A stretch of DNA of 64,000 bases. Source: a virus. The position numbers and the translations under genes were made by a program. This document shows, piece after piece, positions 25,036 to 36,403 of the stretch (positions within the stretch are counted from its first letter, which is position 1; each line of letters begins with the position of its first letter). The notes beneath the pieces were generated by a model. That model had not been told where the DNA came from, made no database searches, and was given only the letters and a program-made list of their open reading frames with translations. The stretch covers positions 5,110 through 69,109 of IMG/VR virus record IMGVR_UViG_3300012189_000001; one strand, written 5' to 3'.

Positions 25036-27777
25036 ATGTCTTTCAACCCTTTTCATTTGAATAAGTGGCTTCGAGGTTCGACACTCGTAGGAAATAGTGA
25101 CGCTATTCCTGATGATGCTTTACGACGTGCAAATAATGTACGTCTTGATCGCACGCTAGGGCAAATAGAGGCACGTCCGGGTTGGACGTTTATTTTTAAT
25201 CCTTTTATCCCGCCGCTTATCTGGATATCAAAACTCTTTGTATCCGCTACCACCATCATTAGTTACATCCAACAAAACAACCTTTTGACACGACATAATG
25301 ATACATGGGGCGCTGGCTTAGGTATTATCGGCGTGGGATCACAAGTGCTTTCTGATGCCAATTCCCCCGATGGGGCTGGGCACTTCCTCAAATACTTCGT
25401 CAATCAGTCTGTTGCCATAAAAGACGATGGCGCGACATCAACCTTCATTGGAATACTTCCTGCAACTCTCGCGCCAACCACAGCCGCTCTCGCAACCGAT
25501 CTGTTTACACAAATAGACAGCTTTGAAGCTGGTGGCGCTGCAACGTGGACGGGTTCAGGCCTCTCTGCTGGCCCTGCTGATGATGCGACTGTCTTTCAGG
25601 AAGGTACAGGGAGTATGTCTTTTTCTATTGCTGCTTCAACATTTGGCACTGTGGTAAAAGACTACGTCGTGGCCATCAATCTCGATACATTAGTTGGTGG
25701 TGATGCACTTGTAAAAAATGATGACTACATTTTTCTTTGGGTCCGTGTCGATAACCCACAAAATCTCACATACATCCAATTGGATATTGATATTGATAGT
25801 GCGACAACGAGTATTGCGGATGCCTGGCGGCGTAACTATTTCAGTTTTAAAGGCGCAGCTCTGACGAGACTCTCGGGCGGTACAAATGAGTGGACGAAGC
25901 TTCAAATTCGTAAATCAGAATTTACGAGGTACGGTACGGATATAAATCGCAGTTTCGCCAATGCTCGCGTGTTTCGTATTGGTTTTCTCACAAATAATTC
26001 CGGGACTGTGGCAATTAATATTGATGACTTAAAACTACGAGGTGGTATCGGGCTTGAAGGAACGATCAGTTACACAACATGCTATCGCAATTCGTCAACA
26101 ATGGGACGTGGAAATCCGCCAAAAGATGGCAGTGGCGTTGTTCTTTACACAGCCCCTCTCGTTGTAGATCGCCAACGGGTCAATCTCACCACAACCAATG
26201 TGAGAACGGGAGGTGCAAACAATCCCGGCGACTCTCAGAACGACAGGCTCCTTATTTTTCGCAAGGGAGGCATTTTTACAACGGCTGTACTGGTAGACAC
26301 AATTACATCGAATGATCCGTCTCCATATCTCGATGCGAAGTCTGATGCAACTCTCGTGTTGACCAACATCCAGCTTGAAACAGATAATGATGTGCCGCCA
26401 GCAGCTACCACGACTCGTGTTATCTTCGGACCCGACGGGTCTGGTCATTTCTTTATGATTGTGGATGGTTTCAAGTTGTACATCTCGAAACCCTATGAAC
26501 GTTTGGAAAACCGAGCTGATAATTGGCCTGCTAAGGGCTTTGCTCTTGTAGGTGATGGTTCAACCCAGGTTGTAGCCGGGCTTGCAAGTAGCACCCAGGT
26601 ACGTATATGGTCCACCGCGCTCAGCTACAATGTAGTGGGTGTCGGGCAAGATACCTTTCTACCAGTAGCCCTCGATGGCACACGGGGTACGGTGGGGAAA
26701 GATTCGGTGGCAGCAGGGGACGGTGTGATATTTTTCGTTTCCCAGGATGGTATCTACGAAGATGTCAACGGCCAGCAAGTCAAACTTACATCTGCCATCG
26801 ACAAATTCTTTCAGGGTATCACGGTTGACGGCCAATTGGGCTGGAGCACAGTATCGACAGATTTGTCTGATGTGCGCCTTGCTTTCTTACACGAGCCAAC
26901 TGGGTCTGTATTGGTTATGGCTTATGTCGAGGCGACTACCGGCACAAGGAAGCATCTCACGCTTAAGCCAAATATCCAGACAGGGCGTCTCACCGAGATC
27001 TTTTTCGACTCAAGTAATGTCGCGTCTATTCGATCATTTTTTCTGGATACTCTTCGCCGCAAACTCATCATAGGGGGGTCAGACGGTAGTGTGTACCAGA
27101 TCGAAGATCCCACCGCATATTCAGACAACGGAACGGCTATTGTAATAACAGCACGCGAAAAATCCTATGACATTGGACAGCCACAACGCGGAAAGTTTAT
27201 CTCACACACAGAAGTCGAAGGAAATACGACTTCGCAAAACCTCACCCTGAAAGCATACTATGATCGTGCTCAATCATCAGAAACTCTTGGCACGTTAAAT
27301 ACTTCAACGGATACCAGTGTACAGCAGTTTCCTACGGCAAATCCTACAGTATCTCGACGTGACATAGCACTGGAGGTGAGTGGTTCTGTAACAGGACGAG
27401 TGATGATCAGCCGTCTTGGACGCTACTGTGAGCCTCAACCTGAAGCGCTGACTTTCTGGGATTCAGGTGTTGTCACATTTGATTTTATCCATCAACTTAA
27501 GCGACTCCAACTCGATGTGCTCGCGGCTGCCGACTGCACAATTAAAATCTTTTTAGACGGGTCAGTAACACCAGCATTTACTGGCACCCTCACTGCCGCG
27601 GCACAAAGGCGGTCGATGCCGTTCTATCTCACCTCAGGATTGCAGGCTTCAACGTTTCGAGTTACAATAGTATCTAGCACATCTACGACATTTATCCCCT
27701 ATAAATTTTCGGGCTTTTTTAAACCTCTAGGTGTGGATCAAGATTATCAGGAAAAAGTGCTGCTACAAGGGGTGTAG
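25036..27777 (+). CDS. Tail nozzle/stabilization protein (P22 gp10/T7 gp12-like role)
   Basis: 913 aa with IPDDALRRANNVRLD..GQIEARPG and GTVGKDSVAAGDGVIFFVSQDGIY propeller motif; precedes the ejection proteins. Confidence 0.75.
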   Translation: MSFNPFHLNKWLRGSTLVGNSDAIPDDALRRANNVRLDRTLGQIEARPGWTFIFNPFIPPLIWISKLFVSATTIISYIQQNNLLTRHNDTWGAGLGIIGVGSQVLSDANSPDGAGHFLKYFVNQSVAIKDDGATSTFIGILPATLAPTTAALATDLFTQIDSFEAGGAATWTGSGLSAGPADDATVFQEGTGSMSFSIAASTFGTVVKDYVVAINLDTLVGGDALVKNDDYIFLWVRVDNPQNLTYIQLDIDIDSATTSIADAWRRNYFSFKGAALTRLSGGTNEWTKLQIRKSEFTRYGTDINRSFANARVFRIGFLTNNSGTVAINIDDLKLRGGIGLEGTISYTTCYRNSSTMGRGNPPKDGSGVVLYTAPLVVDRQRVNLTTTNVRTGGANNPGDSQNDRLLIFRKGGIFTTAVLVDTITSNDPSPYLDAKSDATLVLTNIQLETDNDVPPAATTTRVIFGPDGSGHFFMIVDGFKLYISKPYERLENRADNWPAKGFALVGDGSTQVVAGLASSTQVRIWSTALSYNVVGVGQDTFLPVALDGTRGTVGKDSVAAGDGVIFFVSQDGIYEDVNGQQVKLTSAIDKFFQGITVDGQLGWSTVSTDLSDVRLAFLHEPTGSVLVMAYVEATTGTRKHLTLKPNIQTGRLTEIFFDSSNVASIRSFFLDTLRRKLIIGGSDGSVYQIEDPTAYSDNGTAIVITAREKSYDIGQPQRGKFISHTEVEGNTTSQNLTLKAYYDRAQSSETLGTLNTSTDTSVQQFPTANPTVSRRDIALEVSGSVTGRVMISRLGRYCEPQPEALTFWDSGVVTFDFIHQLKRLQLDVLAAADCTIKIFLDGSVTPAFTGTLTAAAQRRSMPFYLTSGLQASTFRVTIVSSTSTTFIPYKFSGFFKPLGVDQDYQEKVLLQGV

Positions 27778-27780
27778 AGA

Positions 27781-29097
27781 ATGGCTGCTCCGATTTCAAC
27801 ATCTGCGCTAGCTCCAGGGCAAAGCCTTGAGGACTTTCAGCGCATATACAGCGTCTATGCCAATGGCGGCACATGGGACCCCAGTGCGGCGCAAGGGCCG
27901 AGAGGTGGCGTGTACGATCCACAAGGAAACTTTGTGGGCATTCTCGCGCCTCCTGGATCATCTGGTGCACAGCCGGGGGGGAGTGGAAGCTCGGCGCGAC
28001 TCAATCCGCAGACTGGGCAATATACCTGGACCCCAGACGATTTACCTCTTGGACTGAGCGATGCGGGCCTCGCCGGATTATTGGGCGGGGCAGTCCTCAC
28101 TGCTGGTGTGGGAGGCGGGCTTCTCGTGGGCGGTGGAGCAGCCGCTGCGGGAGCGGGTGCCGCTGCCGGGGCAGAAGCGGGTGCTGCCGGGGCTGAAGCA
28201 GGTGTTACTGGCGCAGAAATCGGGACGGCGGGGGCAGAATTAAGTACGGCTGCTGGCGCTACTGGAGAAGTCGGTGTAGGGGGACTTGAGGCTGGTGGAG
28301 CTGCGGGCGGAGCAGGGGCCTATGCGGGAGCAGGAGGAGCTGCGGGTCTTCCATCACTAGGGCAGATTGCTTCGGGTGCAAGTACGGCAAGCACATTAGC
28401 AAAACTTGGTGGGGGTTTATTGGGTGGCGGAGCAGCGGTTGCCGGGCTGGTGGGTGGCGCAGGCGGAACAGGCGACCTGAAGAACGATCCAAATAGTGCG
28501 GCTATCCTCCAAGAAGGGCGGAATCTTGCCGTAGCAGGCGTCCCCCTACAAGTGAGTGGTGTTCTCGAAGCACTCGCCGCTCTGCGTGCAAAAGCATCAG
28601 GATCGGCTGCGGAGATTTTACCGAGTATTATTGATCGTCTCAGTGCGTTGCGTGGTCAATACTCTGGTGCCTCACAAGCCATTGCGCGAAAACTTGGCTA
28701 TGCTGGTGGTGGTCAAACAGAACGAGAACAAGGAAAAGCGTTGGCCGGGGCAACCCGCCAATACGGCGGACTTATTCAGGGTGAGCAACAAGCAGGACTT
28801 GCAGGCATGTACAAGACACTCGGTGGGTTCTCACCGCTGGTCTCTGGTGTAGCAAGAGAACCAAGCCGCAGTCTTAGCACGTCACCCTTTGCAACAAATG
28901 CAGAAGGGTTGGGTAGCCTGCTCGCGGGTACTCCAGGACTTATTACACAAGCGGGTAAGCTCTTCGGTGGAAGTGGCACTGGCGGTGGAGGTGGCGGCGG
29001 GGACACATATACGACACCTTCAGGACTAGAAACGATTGATGTACAACCAACAGTAAGTGATACTACCATTCCATTGGATCTCTTACCGCCGTCATAA
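27781..29097 (+). CDS. Gly/Ala-rich internal virion (ejection) protein
   Basis: Hydrophobic GLLGGAVLTAGVGGG segment and low complexity; follows the nozzle. Confidence 0.65.
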   Translation: MAAPISTSALAPGQSLEDFQRIYSVYANGGTWDPSAAQGPRGGVYDPQGNFVGILAPPGSSGAQPGGSGSSARLNPQTGQYTWTPDDLPLGLSDAGLAGLLGGAVLTAGVGGGLLVGGGAAAAGAGAAAGAEAGAAGAEAGVTGAEIGTAGAELSTAAGATGEVGVGGLEAGGAAGGAGAYAGAGGAAGLPSLGQIASGASTASTLAKLGGGLLGGGAAVAGLVGGAGGTGDLKNDPNSAAILQEGRNLAVAGVPLQVSGVLEALAALRAKASGSAAEILPSIIDRLSALRGQYSGASQAIARKLGYAGGGQTEREQGKALAGATRQYGGLIQGEQQAGLAGMYKTLGGFSPLVSGVAREPSRSLSTSPFATNAEGLGSLLAGTPGLITQAGKLFGGSGTGGGGGGGDTYTTPSGLETIDVQPTVSDTTIPLDLLPPS

Positions 29098-29107
29098 GGA
29101 CGTTGTT

Positions 29108-29689
29108 ATGGCCTACGAAATAGAGTCGGCTATCCTGCACAGCACGGGGAATATGCCCGAAATGTCTGGCCCCCAAGCACCCTCTGGCCAACAGGCGACC
29201 GGCACAGGTATATCAACACAGGAGTTCCCAGAGGAAACACGGCGTCTTATACAATCGACTGAATTTCCCCTCCTTGCGGACTTTTTAGGGCAACAGGCTG
29301 CAACGACACAACCCTTTCTTGGCGGTGCGGCAACCTCGCCGTTTGTGAATCAGCAGTACGGCCAGGCAGCGCCCAATCTTGCCCTTGCGGCTGGCCGAGA
29401 AGGTGCCGCCCAGGGGGGTATCAGCGATTTCGGGCCTATAAATGAAGAAACGAGTGGCATGGCTCCACAGTTGGTGGCGGCTTTAAGACAATTAACCCTG
29501 GCACGTGGAGCACAAACTCAGAGTGTGATTCAGCCTGGGTACGGAAATTTCTTAGCGCCAAGCAGTTTTAATATTTCCGCAAAGCAAAAAGAATTTAATC
29601 CCTTTAAAACAGGTTTTGATTTGGCCAGCGGTTTTACCAATATTGCAAGCGGTATTTCGGATTTGACAAGCAACAATACAAGCGCGTAG
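29108..29689 (+). CDS. Internal virion (ejection) protein
   Basis: Gln/Ala/Gly-rich; AAGGA RBS; synteny. Confidence 0.55.
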   Translation: MAYEIESAILHSTGNMPEMSGPQAPSGQQATGTGISTQEFPEETRRLIQSTEFPLLADFLGQQAATTQPFLGGAATSPFVNQQYGQAAPNLALAAGREGAAQGGISDFGPINEETSGMAPQLVAALRQLTLARGAQTQSVIQPGYGNFLAPSSFNISAKQKEFNPFKTGFDLASGFTNIASGISDLTSNNTSA

Positions 29690-29698
29690 GTACTTTTT

Positions 29699-32461
29699 AT
29701 GCCGGGATTTGGGGATTTTGCCCAAGCATTGCAATTTGGCGCAGGGCTTGTGCATGGATTTCAAAAACAGACCGAAGAGTTGAAAGCCTCCCATGAGCAG
29801 CAGCAACTTGAATTGCTCAAATTATTGTCGCATGACAAGAGCAAGTCAATCGAGCCGATACCTCAAGAAGACATCGTGGGCACGGAAGGTTTCTTCGGTA
29901 AAGGCGCGCTTAAAAGCAAGGAAGGTCATCCCGTCTTCAAAGTTGGGGGCAATGCCTTTGCTGTGAAAAGCAGAGCGCCTTTTCAGCTTCCAGGCACTGA
30001 CGAGGAAGAAACAGCAGCTCCAGCCCCTGTAAAAGGTCTTGAAGAAGAAATCCCAAGTACGCCTACAGCACCCACAGCGCCATCTGCACCCACTGCGGCA
30101 CCACCGTCTCCAGCGGCACCCACACTCCCACAACCGCAGCAACCAGCCGCACAAAAAACAAAAAAGCTTGACTGGACCGCAGGCTATAAGAATCTCACAC
30201 CTGACCGCCGACTGGAAATAGACACAGCTATTCACGCATCGGCGGCTAAATACAAAGTGCCGCTGCACGAAGCATACTCGCTTTTCGGCACAGAAAGTAA
30301 TTTTAACCATGCTACTCGCAGTGAAAAAGGCGCAATTGGAATCGGCCAGCTCATGCAAGACACAGCAGACGAACTCGGCGTCGATCCTGAGAACCTCCAA
30401 GAAAATATTGACGGCAGTTTGAAATACTATGCTCAGCAAAAGACCCGCTTTGGGTCCACCCAGCTTGCTCGTGCCGCGTACAATGCCGGACCTAAAGCTG
30501 TGGAAAAGGCGGGCAATAAGATTCCACCCTTCAAGGAGACGATGACCTACGTGCAGCGTGGGGCGGATGCTGAGGGTCAATTTCAACGCCATTTTGCGAG
30601 TCAGCAACAAGGTAATGTGCAAGCGGCCACCGGGAAACCTGCTGATACCTCCATGCTAGTAGCAGGAGGCCCCGGCGCGCCTGCCCCTAAACCATCAGCG
30701 CAGCCCCAGGAAGGCGAACCTGATACCTCCATGCAAGTAGCAGGAGTCCCCGGCGCGCCTGCTCCCAAGCCAGGAAAGTCGGTACGCGAGGATTACGGCT
30801 TAGGGCCGGAACTGACTATTCAAGATGCGAAAAAGAAAGCGGCCCTAGAATCCGATAAGACATTTGTGGGCTCATACGAAGAACCAAAAGCTATTCTCGC
30901 CGCACGTCGAGCTGCCGTGAAGGATGCAGAGACACGATTTTTTCAAGAAGAACGTGAGATTGCCGCAGCGAAAAAAGCCCTAAAACCGGACATACACAAT
31001 TTGAAACTGCTCGACATGCTCGATCATGTGCATAGCGCAGCCGATTTTGCTCATTTCCTTCACACAAAAGACGCAACAACAGAACGTGATGCACTCGCAC
31101 CTGCGCGAGAGCAGGTTGCAGCGGCTGTGGCTACTGGTGATCCAGAAAAGCGTGAACGTGCAGTAATCAATGCGTATGCTGATCTTACCAATCGTAATTA
31201 CACTGACGCGCAAATTAAAGAAACGCTCCAATCTGCTGGGGTGAACGATGCGAGAGAGCTGGCAAAAGCGAAAAAGCTCGGACAACAACAATCTGAACAG
31301 CAAATTGCAACCGCCAAAGCTGAAATACCCGTTAAAGCCGAAGAAGCAGCCGCAACGACAACAGCACGTATGCAGGCTGAAGAAAAAGCCAAGCCTATCG
31401 TTACGAATGAAGCACATCGTGAAATCATTGGCCAGAAACTTGCCGAAGAAATTAATGCAGGCAATGTGGCAAAGGGCACGACGGTGGATGCGTATGCACG
31501 AGATAATCCTGACGTGATAACCTTTGCACGCAATACAACGCAAGCGGAAAAAGATCGTGAAAATGAAAGTACTGATCCCTACAAAATGGAAGCACGTGTG
31601 AGTTTTCCTGGAAAGCGTTTTAACGATTTGACGGGACCAGAGCTTGCTGCTGTTCGAGAGAAAGTAAAACAACAAAAGTCAGACGAAAAACTTGGCGATG
31701 CGGAAACGATAAAGCGACTCGATGCCAGTATCAAGAGTGAAGCAAAAATGGATGAGCCCTTCCCGGCCAAAGACGCCCAATACTTTATGCACAAAGACAC
31801 GCTTGCACCTGTCCCAGCAGAATTTTCCAAGGGTGATTTTCGTGCGCATGCCGCAGACTATATACGAGTGACACCATCAGAGCGCAAACAAATTGAAGCG
31901 GCTATCCCCGTGCTATCTCAGGTGGCAGAAATGCGTACTCTTGTTCCGCGAGTGTACGGGCCAGGGGGCACTTTGCATAATATGTACAAAGACACAGCGC
32001 TCATGAAACGGGTAGGCAACAATTTTGATAAACTTGTCAGCTACGCCAAGGAAAATGATCCTGACATGATCCAACTTGATAAGCTTCTTGCAGAATATGG
32101 GGCCAAGTCTTCACGTATGTTTGATGGAGCATCAGGCAATGTCGCATTTAAATTTTTAGAGCCTACAATTAAATTACAACCGCGTATCAATGTCGGATCA
32201 GCTTTTCTTCCTGCGACACGCGAGCGACTCGAAAGTGACTTTAGAACTGCGGAAAATCAAATCAAACGCAATATGCGCATGCTACTAGGCATTACGTCTG
32301 TTGATGTTTCAGAACCGATACCGCCTGGTGGTGGTACTGCTCCAAAACCAGTAGCAGCAGTTGCGCCGACAGCCGCTCCAGCAACGCAGGCACCTCCAAG
32401 TCCCCCACGCTCAAAAGGAGAGATTGAAGCGGACGATATTTTGGGTACGGAGAAAAAATAA
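29699..32461 (+). CDS. Ejection protein with a soluble lytic transglycosylase (SLT) domain
   Basis: TESNFN...SEKGAIGIGQLM...NIDGSLKYY...AAYNAGP...PFKETMTYV. Confidence 0.85.
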   Translation: MPGFGDFAQALQFGAGLVHGFQKQTEELKASHEQQQLELLKLLSHDKSKSIEPIPQEDIVGTEGFFGKGALKSKEGHPVFKVGGNAFAVKSRAPFQLPGTDEEETAAPAPVKGLEEEIPSTPTAPTAPSAPTAAPPSPAAPTLPQPQQPAAQKTKKLDWTAGYKNLTPDRRLEIDTAIHASAAKYKVPLHEAYSLFGTESNFNHATRSEKGAIGIGQLMQDTADELGVDPENLQENIDGSLKYYAQQKTRFGSTQLARAAYNAGPKAVEKAGNKIPPFKETMTYVQRGADAEGQFQRHFASQQQGNVQAATGKPADTSMLVAGGPGAPAPKPSAQPQEGEPDTSMQVAGVPGAPAPKPGKSVREDYGLGPELTIQDAKKKAALESDKTFVGSYEEPKAILAARRAAVKDAETRFFQEEREIAAAKKALKPDIHNLKLLDMLDHVHSAADFAHFLHTKDATTERDALAPAREQVAAAVATGDPEKRERAVINAYADLTNRNYTDAQIKETLQSAGVNDARELAKAKKLGQQQSEQQIATAKAEIPVKAEEAAATTTARMQAEEKAKPIVTNEAHREIIGQKLAEEINAGNVAKGTTVDAYARDNPDVITFARNTTQAEKDRENESTDPYKMEARVSFPGKRFNDLTGPELAAVREKVKQQKSDEKLGDAETIKRLDASIKSEAKMDEPFPAKDAQYFMHKDTLAPVPAEFSKGDFRAHAADYIRVTPSERKQIEAAIPVLSQVAEMRTLVPRVYGPGGTLHNMYKDTALMKRVGNNFDKLVSYAKENDPDMIQLDKLLAEYGAKSSRMFDGASGNVAFKFLEPTIKLQPRINVGSAFLPATRERLESDFRTAENQIKRNMRMLLGITSVDVSEPIPPGGGTAPKPVAAVAPTAAPATQAPPSPPRSKGEIEADDILGTEKK

Positions 32462-35400
32462 TGGCTGACAATCCCCTTACGACTCCTGTTGATACCACTG
32501 CGACCAAAAAGCAACCAGAAACCCTCGCGGATATTGTTAATGATCCCGCATTTAAGGCATTGCCTTTTGATATGAAACTTGATCGCTTTCATAAAGCGAC
32601 CAAAAACGACATGAAATATCAAAAGGCATCCGATGAGGGGAAGAGCGCCGTTCATAAACGTGTGTTTGGTCCAGGTGCGGAGCCTTCAGCAACAGAAGGA
32701 GCCCCATCCCCACTCCAGGCGGCGGGTACAGCGGCGCTTGATTTGTTGGGAAAAGTTGCACCTGGCCACGCAGAAGCGCTTAAGAAGAAATTTGGTCTTG
32801 AGCAAATACCCCCACAGACACTCGCAACGCCAAAAGAAGCAGCCGGAATGAGCCCAGAAGGCGTCCTTGCTGGGGAATATTCGCCTCCAGGACCAGAAGA
32901 GCCCAGTGAAGAAAAAGGTGTACTGAGTACCATCGGCGGAGCTGTAGTAAAAGGCGCGGAACAAATTCCTGGTCTGGTGACAGCCGCAGGGTCTTTTGTA
33001 ACACGAAGCGCCGAAGACTTAGGACTTGTGCCTGAATTTGCCAAAATGTCTCCTGAAACACGAGCAAAAGTAGAGACAATAGGCAGTAAACCTCTTGAAC
33101 AACTTACAGGGGAAATAAAACATCCCAGCTCTCCTGGATTACGTGTCTTAGAACACGTTGTCGAAGAGGTAGTAGGCACGACTATTTCCGTACCACTTGC
33201 CAGAGCACTCATCCCCGCACTCAAAGCTGGCACAACACTAAGTAAAGACCTTATTAAGCAAATACTTACAACGCTTCCAGCGGCAACAGTCGGCCAGGGA
33301 GTTCGTGAAATGGGTGGCGGTGGCGGTGTGCAGATGGCCGCTGAATTGAGCACGATGGAACTGACTCAGGCCGCAACACGAGTCGCAAAGGCGCTTGCAA
33401 ACAAGACCGGCATGCTTGAATCGGTTCGTGACATGTTGAAAACAGAAGTGCCAGACATTGCCGAAAAAGTAGAAACTTCGGGTAAAGCAAAAGAGCTACT
33501 TGGTTCCCGTGGCTACGAGCCCACAGCACCAGAGCAAACTGGTTCACCAATACTTGGAAAGGTTGCAGCGGCTCGATCCGCAGAAGACCCCGCAGGCTTT
33601 GGTATTCCCGCAAGCCAACGTTCTGCCGCCAACATTAAAGCAGCACAAGAAGCAACGGGTGAAATGCTCGGTGCCGCGCCACCGGAAGTACTCGAACCCA
33701 TCGTTGAACAAGCAAAAACCACTGTCCAAGAAGCGGCTGCAACTTCTGCCGCAAGCCAGGAAGCCCTTGCACAAGCGAAAGCGCAGGCGGACGCTCTGCA
33801 AAAAAATGAGATTCTCGGCAAACGCGCATTGGCTGATTCTCGCTCAAATGCTGTCTTGACCGCAGAAACCAAGATGCAAGATGTTGAAGACAAGATGCGT
33901 GAAGCAAATAAGCAAATGCAGCAAGAAGCGCAAAAAGCTCAACAACAAGGCACACAACTAGATGATGCGAAAATTGCGGAACATCGCAGACTTCAAGATC
34001 AGTTGACTCAAGACCGACAAGCAGCGCATGATGAATACACCGTTGCTGTGCGTGCTGCCGATACCGAAAAAGAGGGTGTCAAAGCTGAGGTCAAAGCGAC
34101 TCAAAAGAAACAAGAAATTATCATAGCAAAACAGACAAAAGCCAATGAAGATGAAATGGGCACATTACTTGCGGATGTGAGCGATGCCGCAGCCATGCGT
34201 GCTCCTGGCGCGGTTGCCGGTGGCGAGAAAGCTGTGCGAGCATCACAAAAGGAACGCGGCGAGAAAGCGGGAACGTTTTTTTCCACCCTCTGGGACAAAA
34301 CTTTTGGTAACAAAGAAAAAAAAGTTGAGGGGTACTTTGGGAAAGAATACGGAAAACTTCACGAAACCTATAAAGACCTGGTAACGACACCAAAAGACAC
34401 TAGCACATTCATGAACGACATACGACCTGGTGGCAGTTTTGATGAAAAAATGAAATTGCAAATGCGTGAAAGGTACGAGCCTGATCCTCTTTTGCACGAT
34501 ATACATAACTACGTGGTGACAAAAGCGGAAGCAATGGGAACTGAGGTTGACAAGACCCCACTCGCTCTTTCCGATTTTTCACAGGTGCGTTCAAGTATTT
34601 TAGCGGATATGCGCAATACGCCTATTGACAGTCCTCGCCGCATCGTGCAAAAACAGCTCTTCGATCTTGTCGAAAGTCATATGGAATTACTTGCAGAGGG
34701 CACTCCCGCACTTGACGAACTTCGTGGAATTAATGGGCGCTATCGTACAGAGATGCATCGTTTCGTTGGAGATACACCGGGCAATTATGCGACAGTTATC
34801 AATCCTCGTACTGGTGAGCCTTTCCATAATCCTGATCATATTGGCGCTTATGTGGCTGGTCCGGGTGCAACATCAGGAAATCTGTCACTAAAGGGTTTAC
34901 GAAATGAAGACGTGTATAGAACGTATCTTTCTGATCTCAATGACGTCATAAAAGGCAATGTGCTTAAAGGTGATGCAAGTGCACTCGCTGCGGCCAAAGA
35001 CGCAAAAGCACGTCTTTTTGACTCAATAAAAAACGAATTTTACCAAGAGACGATGAGCAGCGGAAAATTTGACATAAAAAAAGCCGAAAAATGGATTCAG
35101 CAACGTCAATCCATGATCGACGAAACCCCTGAACTTCGTCGTTCCTTTAGCTCAATCAGTGATAGACTACAAACAATAGCAGATGTAGCCGCAGTACACC
35201 AAGGGCAGCAAGTCGCGGAATCGGGCATCCTTACAAAACTAACAGAAGAAGGCAAAGAAACAATCAGCACAAGCAAGCTTGCTGCGAAAGCGCTAAAAGA
35301 AGGTGCAATAGATGAACGTACTTTGGCGGAGCGCACTGCGGATAGCGCGTTTAAAGCACGTGAACGCACTCTTGATGATGTGCTGCGTGATCAGCAAAAA

Positions 35401-36387
35401 CGTGAGCAAGACATCACACTTCAAAAAAACCTGCAAAGTCAGACTGGGACAGACGCGGTTGTTGCGGCAAAGCGAAAACTTCTCGAAGAAAAAAGAGCTG
35501 CTGCACGTTCAGAAACGGGACAAGTACGACAGCTTGAAGATATTCGTATGGCGCACGATGAGAAAGTGCAACTTCTCAAAGTGAAAGCAGATGCCGATGA
35601 ACTCCATTACAAAGATATGAATGATGCGTACCAACAGGTATTTGGGAAACAAGGAGCAGTCGCTAACGCTCTTGAACACGATTCGACATTTAAACAACTT
35701 GGTATTGGGGTCGATGACTGGCTCAATCGCACATTGGGGCTTCCTGTGGAAGACCAACTTGTACGCTTTGCAAACTTTAAAAAGTTGACGGGAAGCGACC
35801 CGGTTGCCACAAAAACACTCATGGGGTCATTGTGGCAGCGTTTTGTCGAAAGGGAAAGTGCGGGGGCTGCGGGAGAAGCTCTGAGTAAACGTCTCGGTGG
35901 AAATGCGGCTATTGCACCGCCAGATGTTATGCGAAAATTTCTCAGTAATGAGCAAGGCTATGGGCGTATCATTAAGCGCATAGCTCCAAAGCACGCAGAA
36001 AATATGAAACTCATTGACTTTGCACTTCAACGTTCTGCTGAACTTGAATCGGCCACGGCATCTGGTGTCCCAGCCGCGTTTACCTCTATACCACGCGGTG
36101 TACGACGTATTCAGGATGTCGCTGTTATGACGTTTGCTCATATGTTTGGTGTGCCATATAACATTGCGGGTGTTGCTGGCTTGACGACAGAAGCTGCGGC
36201 ACTCATGTCCAATGCACGAAAAGCAGCAGTGTTGAAAGAATTACACTTTAACCCGCAATCTGCCAAACTTGCCGTAGACATTCTCAGTTCGACGAAAAGT
36301 GAAACCTGGAAACTAGCGGTTGCACGAACAATTGTTGCGCGTGCAGGCGCTCAAAATGCAGTATACCAACAAGAGCCGCAACAATAA
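32461..36387 (+). CDS. Large helical internal virion (ejection) protein
   Basis: 1308 aa, Ala/Glu/Lys-rich with coiled coils; last large gene of the virion module. Confidence 0.7.
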   Translation: MADNPLTTPVDTTATKKQPETLADIVNDPAFKALPFDMKLDRFHKATKNDMKYQKASDEGKSAVHKRVFGPGAEPSATEGAPSPLQAAGTAALDLLGKVAPGHAEALKKKFGLEQIPPQTLATPKEAAGMSPEGVLAGEYSPPGPEEPSEEKGVLSTIGGAVVKGAEQIPGLVTAAGSFVTRSAEDLGLVPEFAKMSPETRAKVETIGSKPLEQLTGEIKHPSSPGLRVLEHVVEEVVGTTISVPLARALIPALKAGTTLSKDLIKQILTTLPAATVGQGVREMGGGGGVQMAAELSTMELTQAATRVAKALANKTGMLESVRDMLKTEVPDIAEKVETSGKAKELLGSRGYEPTAPEQTGSPILGKVAAARSAEDPAGFGIPASQRSAANIKAAQEATGEMLGAAPPEVLEPIVEQAKTTVQEAAATSAASQEALAQAKAQADALQKNEILGKRALADSRSNAVLTAETKMQDVEDKMREANKQMQQEAQKAQQQGTQLDDAKIAEHRRLQDQLTQDRQAAHDEYTVAVRAADTEKEGVKAEVKATQKKQEIIIAKQTKANEDEMGTLLADVSDAAAMRAPGAVAGGEKAVRASQKERGEKAGTFFSTLWDKTFGNKEKKVEGYFGKEYGKLHETYKDLVTTPKDTSTFMNDIRPGGSFDEKMKLQMRERYEPDPLLHDIHNYVVTKAEAMGTEVDKTPLALSDFSQVRSSILADMRNTPIDSPRRIVQKQLFDLVESHMELLAEGTPALDELRGINGRYRTEMHRFVGDTPGNYATVINPRTGEPFHNPDHIGAYVAGPGATSGNLSLKGLRNEDVYRTYLSDLNDVIKGNVLKGDASALAAAKDAKARLFDSIKNEFYQETMSSGKFDIKKAEKWIQQRQSMIDETPELRRSFSSISDRLQTIADVAAVHQGQQVAESGILTKLTEEGKETISTSKLAAKALKEGAIDERTLAERTADSAFKARERTLDDVLRDQQKREQDITLQKNLQSQTGTDAVVAAKRKLLEEKRAAARSETGQVRQLEDIRMAHDEKVQLLKVKADADELHYKDMNDAYQQVFGKQGAVANALEHDSTFKQLGIGVDDWLNRTLGLPVEDQLVRFANFKKLTGSDPVATKTLMGSLWQRFVERESAGAAGEALSKRLGGNAAIAPPDVMRKFLSNEQGYGRIIKRIAPKHAENMKLIDFALQRSAELESATASGVPAAFTSIPRGVRRIQDVAVMTFAHMFGVPYNIAGVAGLTTEAAALMSNARKAAVLKELHFNPQSAKLAVDILSSTKSETWKLAVARTIVARAGAQNAVYQQEPQQ

Positions 36388-36403
36388 CTAAATAGGTGCA
36401 ATA

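Noticed and set aside
30637-30770. Internal duplication DTSM.VAG.PGAPAPKP in the SLT protein
   Set aside because: Real, but a simple Pro-rich linker duplication with no sign of separate function.
29846-35822. Long antisense ORFs opposite the ejection-protein genes
   Set aside because: Shadow frames of Ala/Glu/Lys-rich coding sequence, with no RBS or recognisable motifs.
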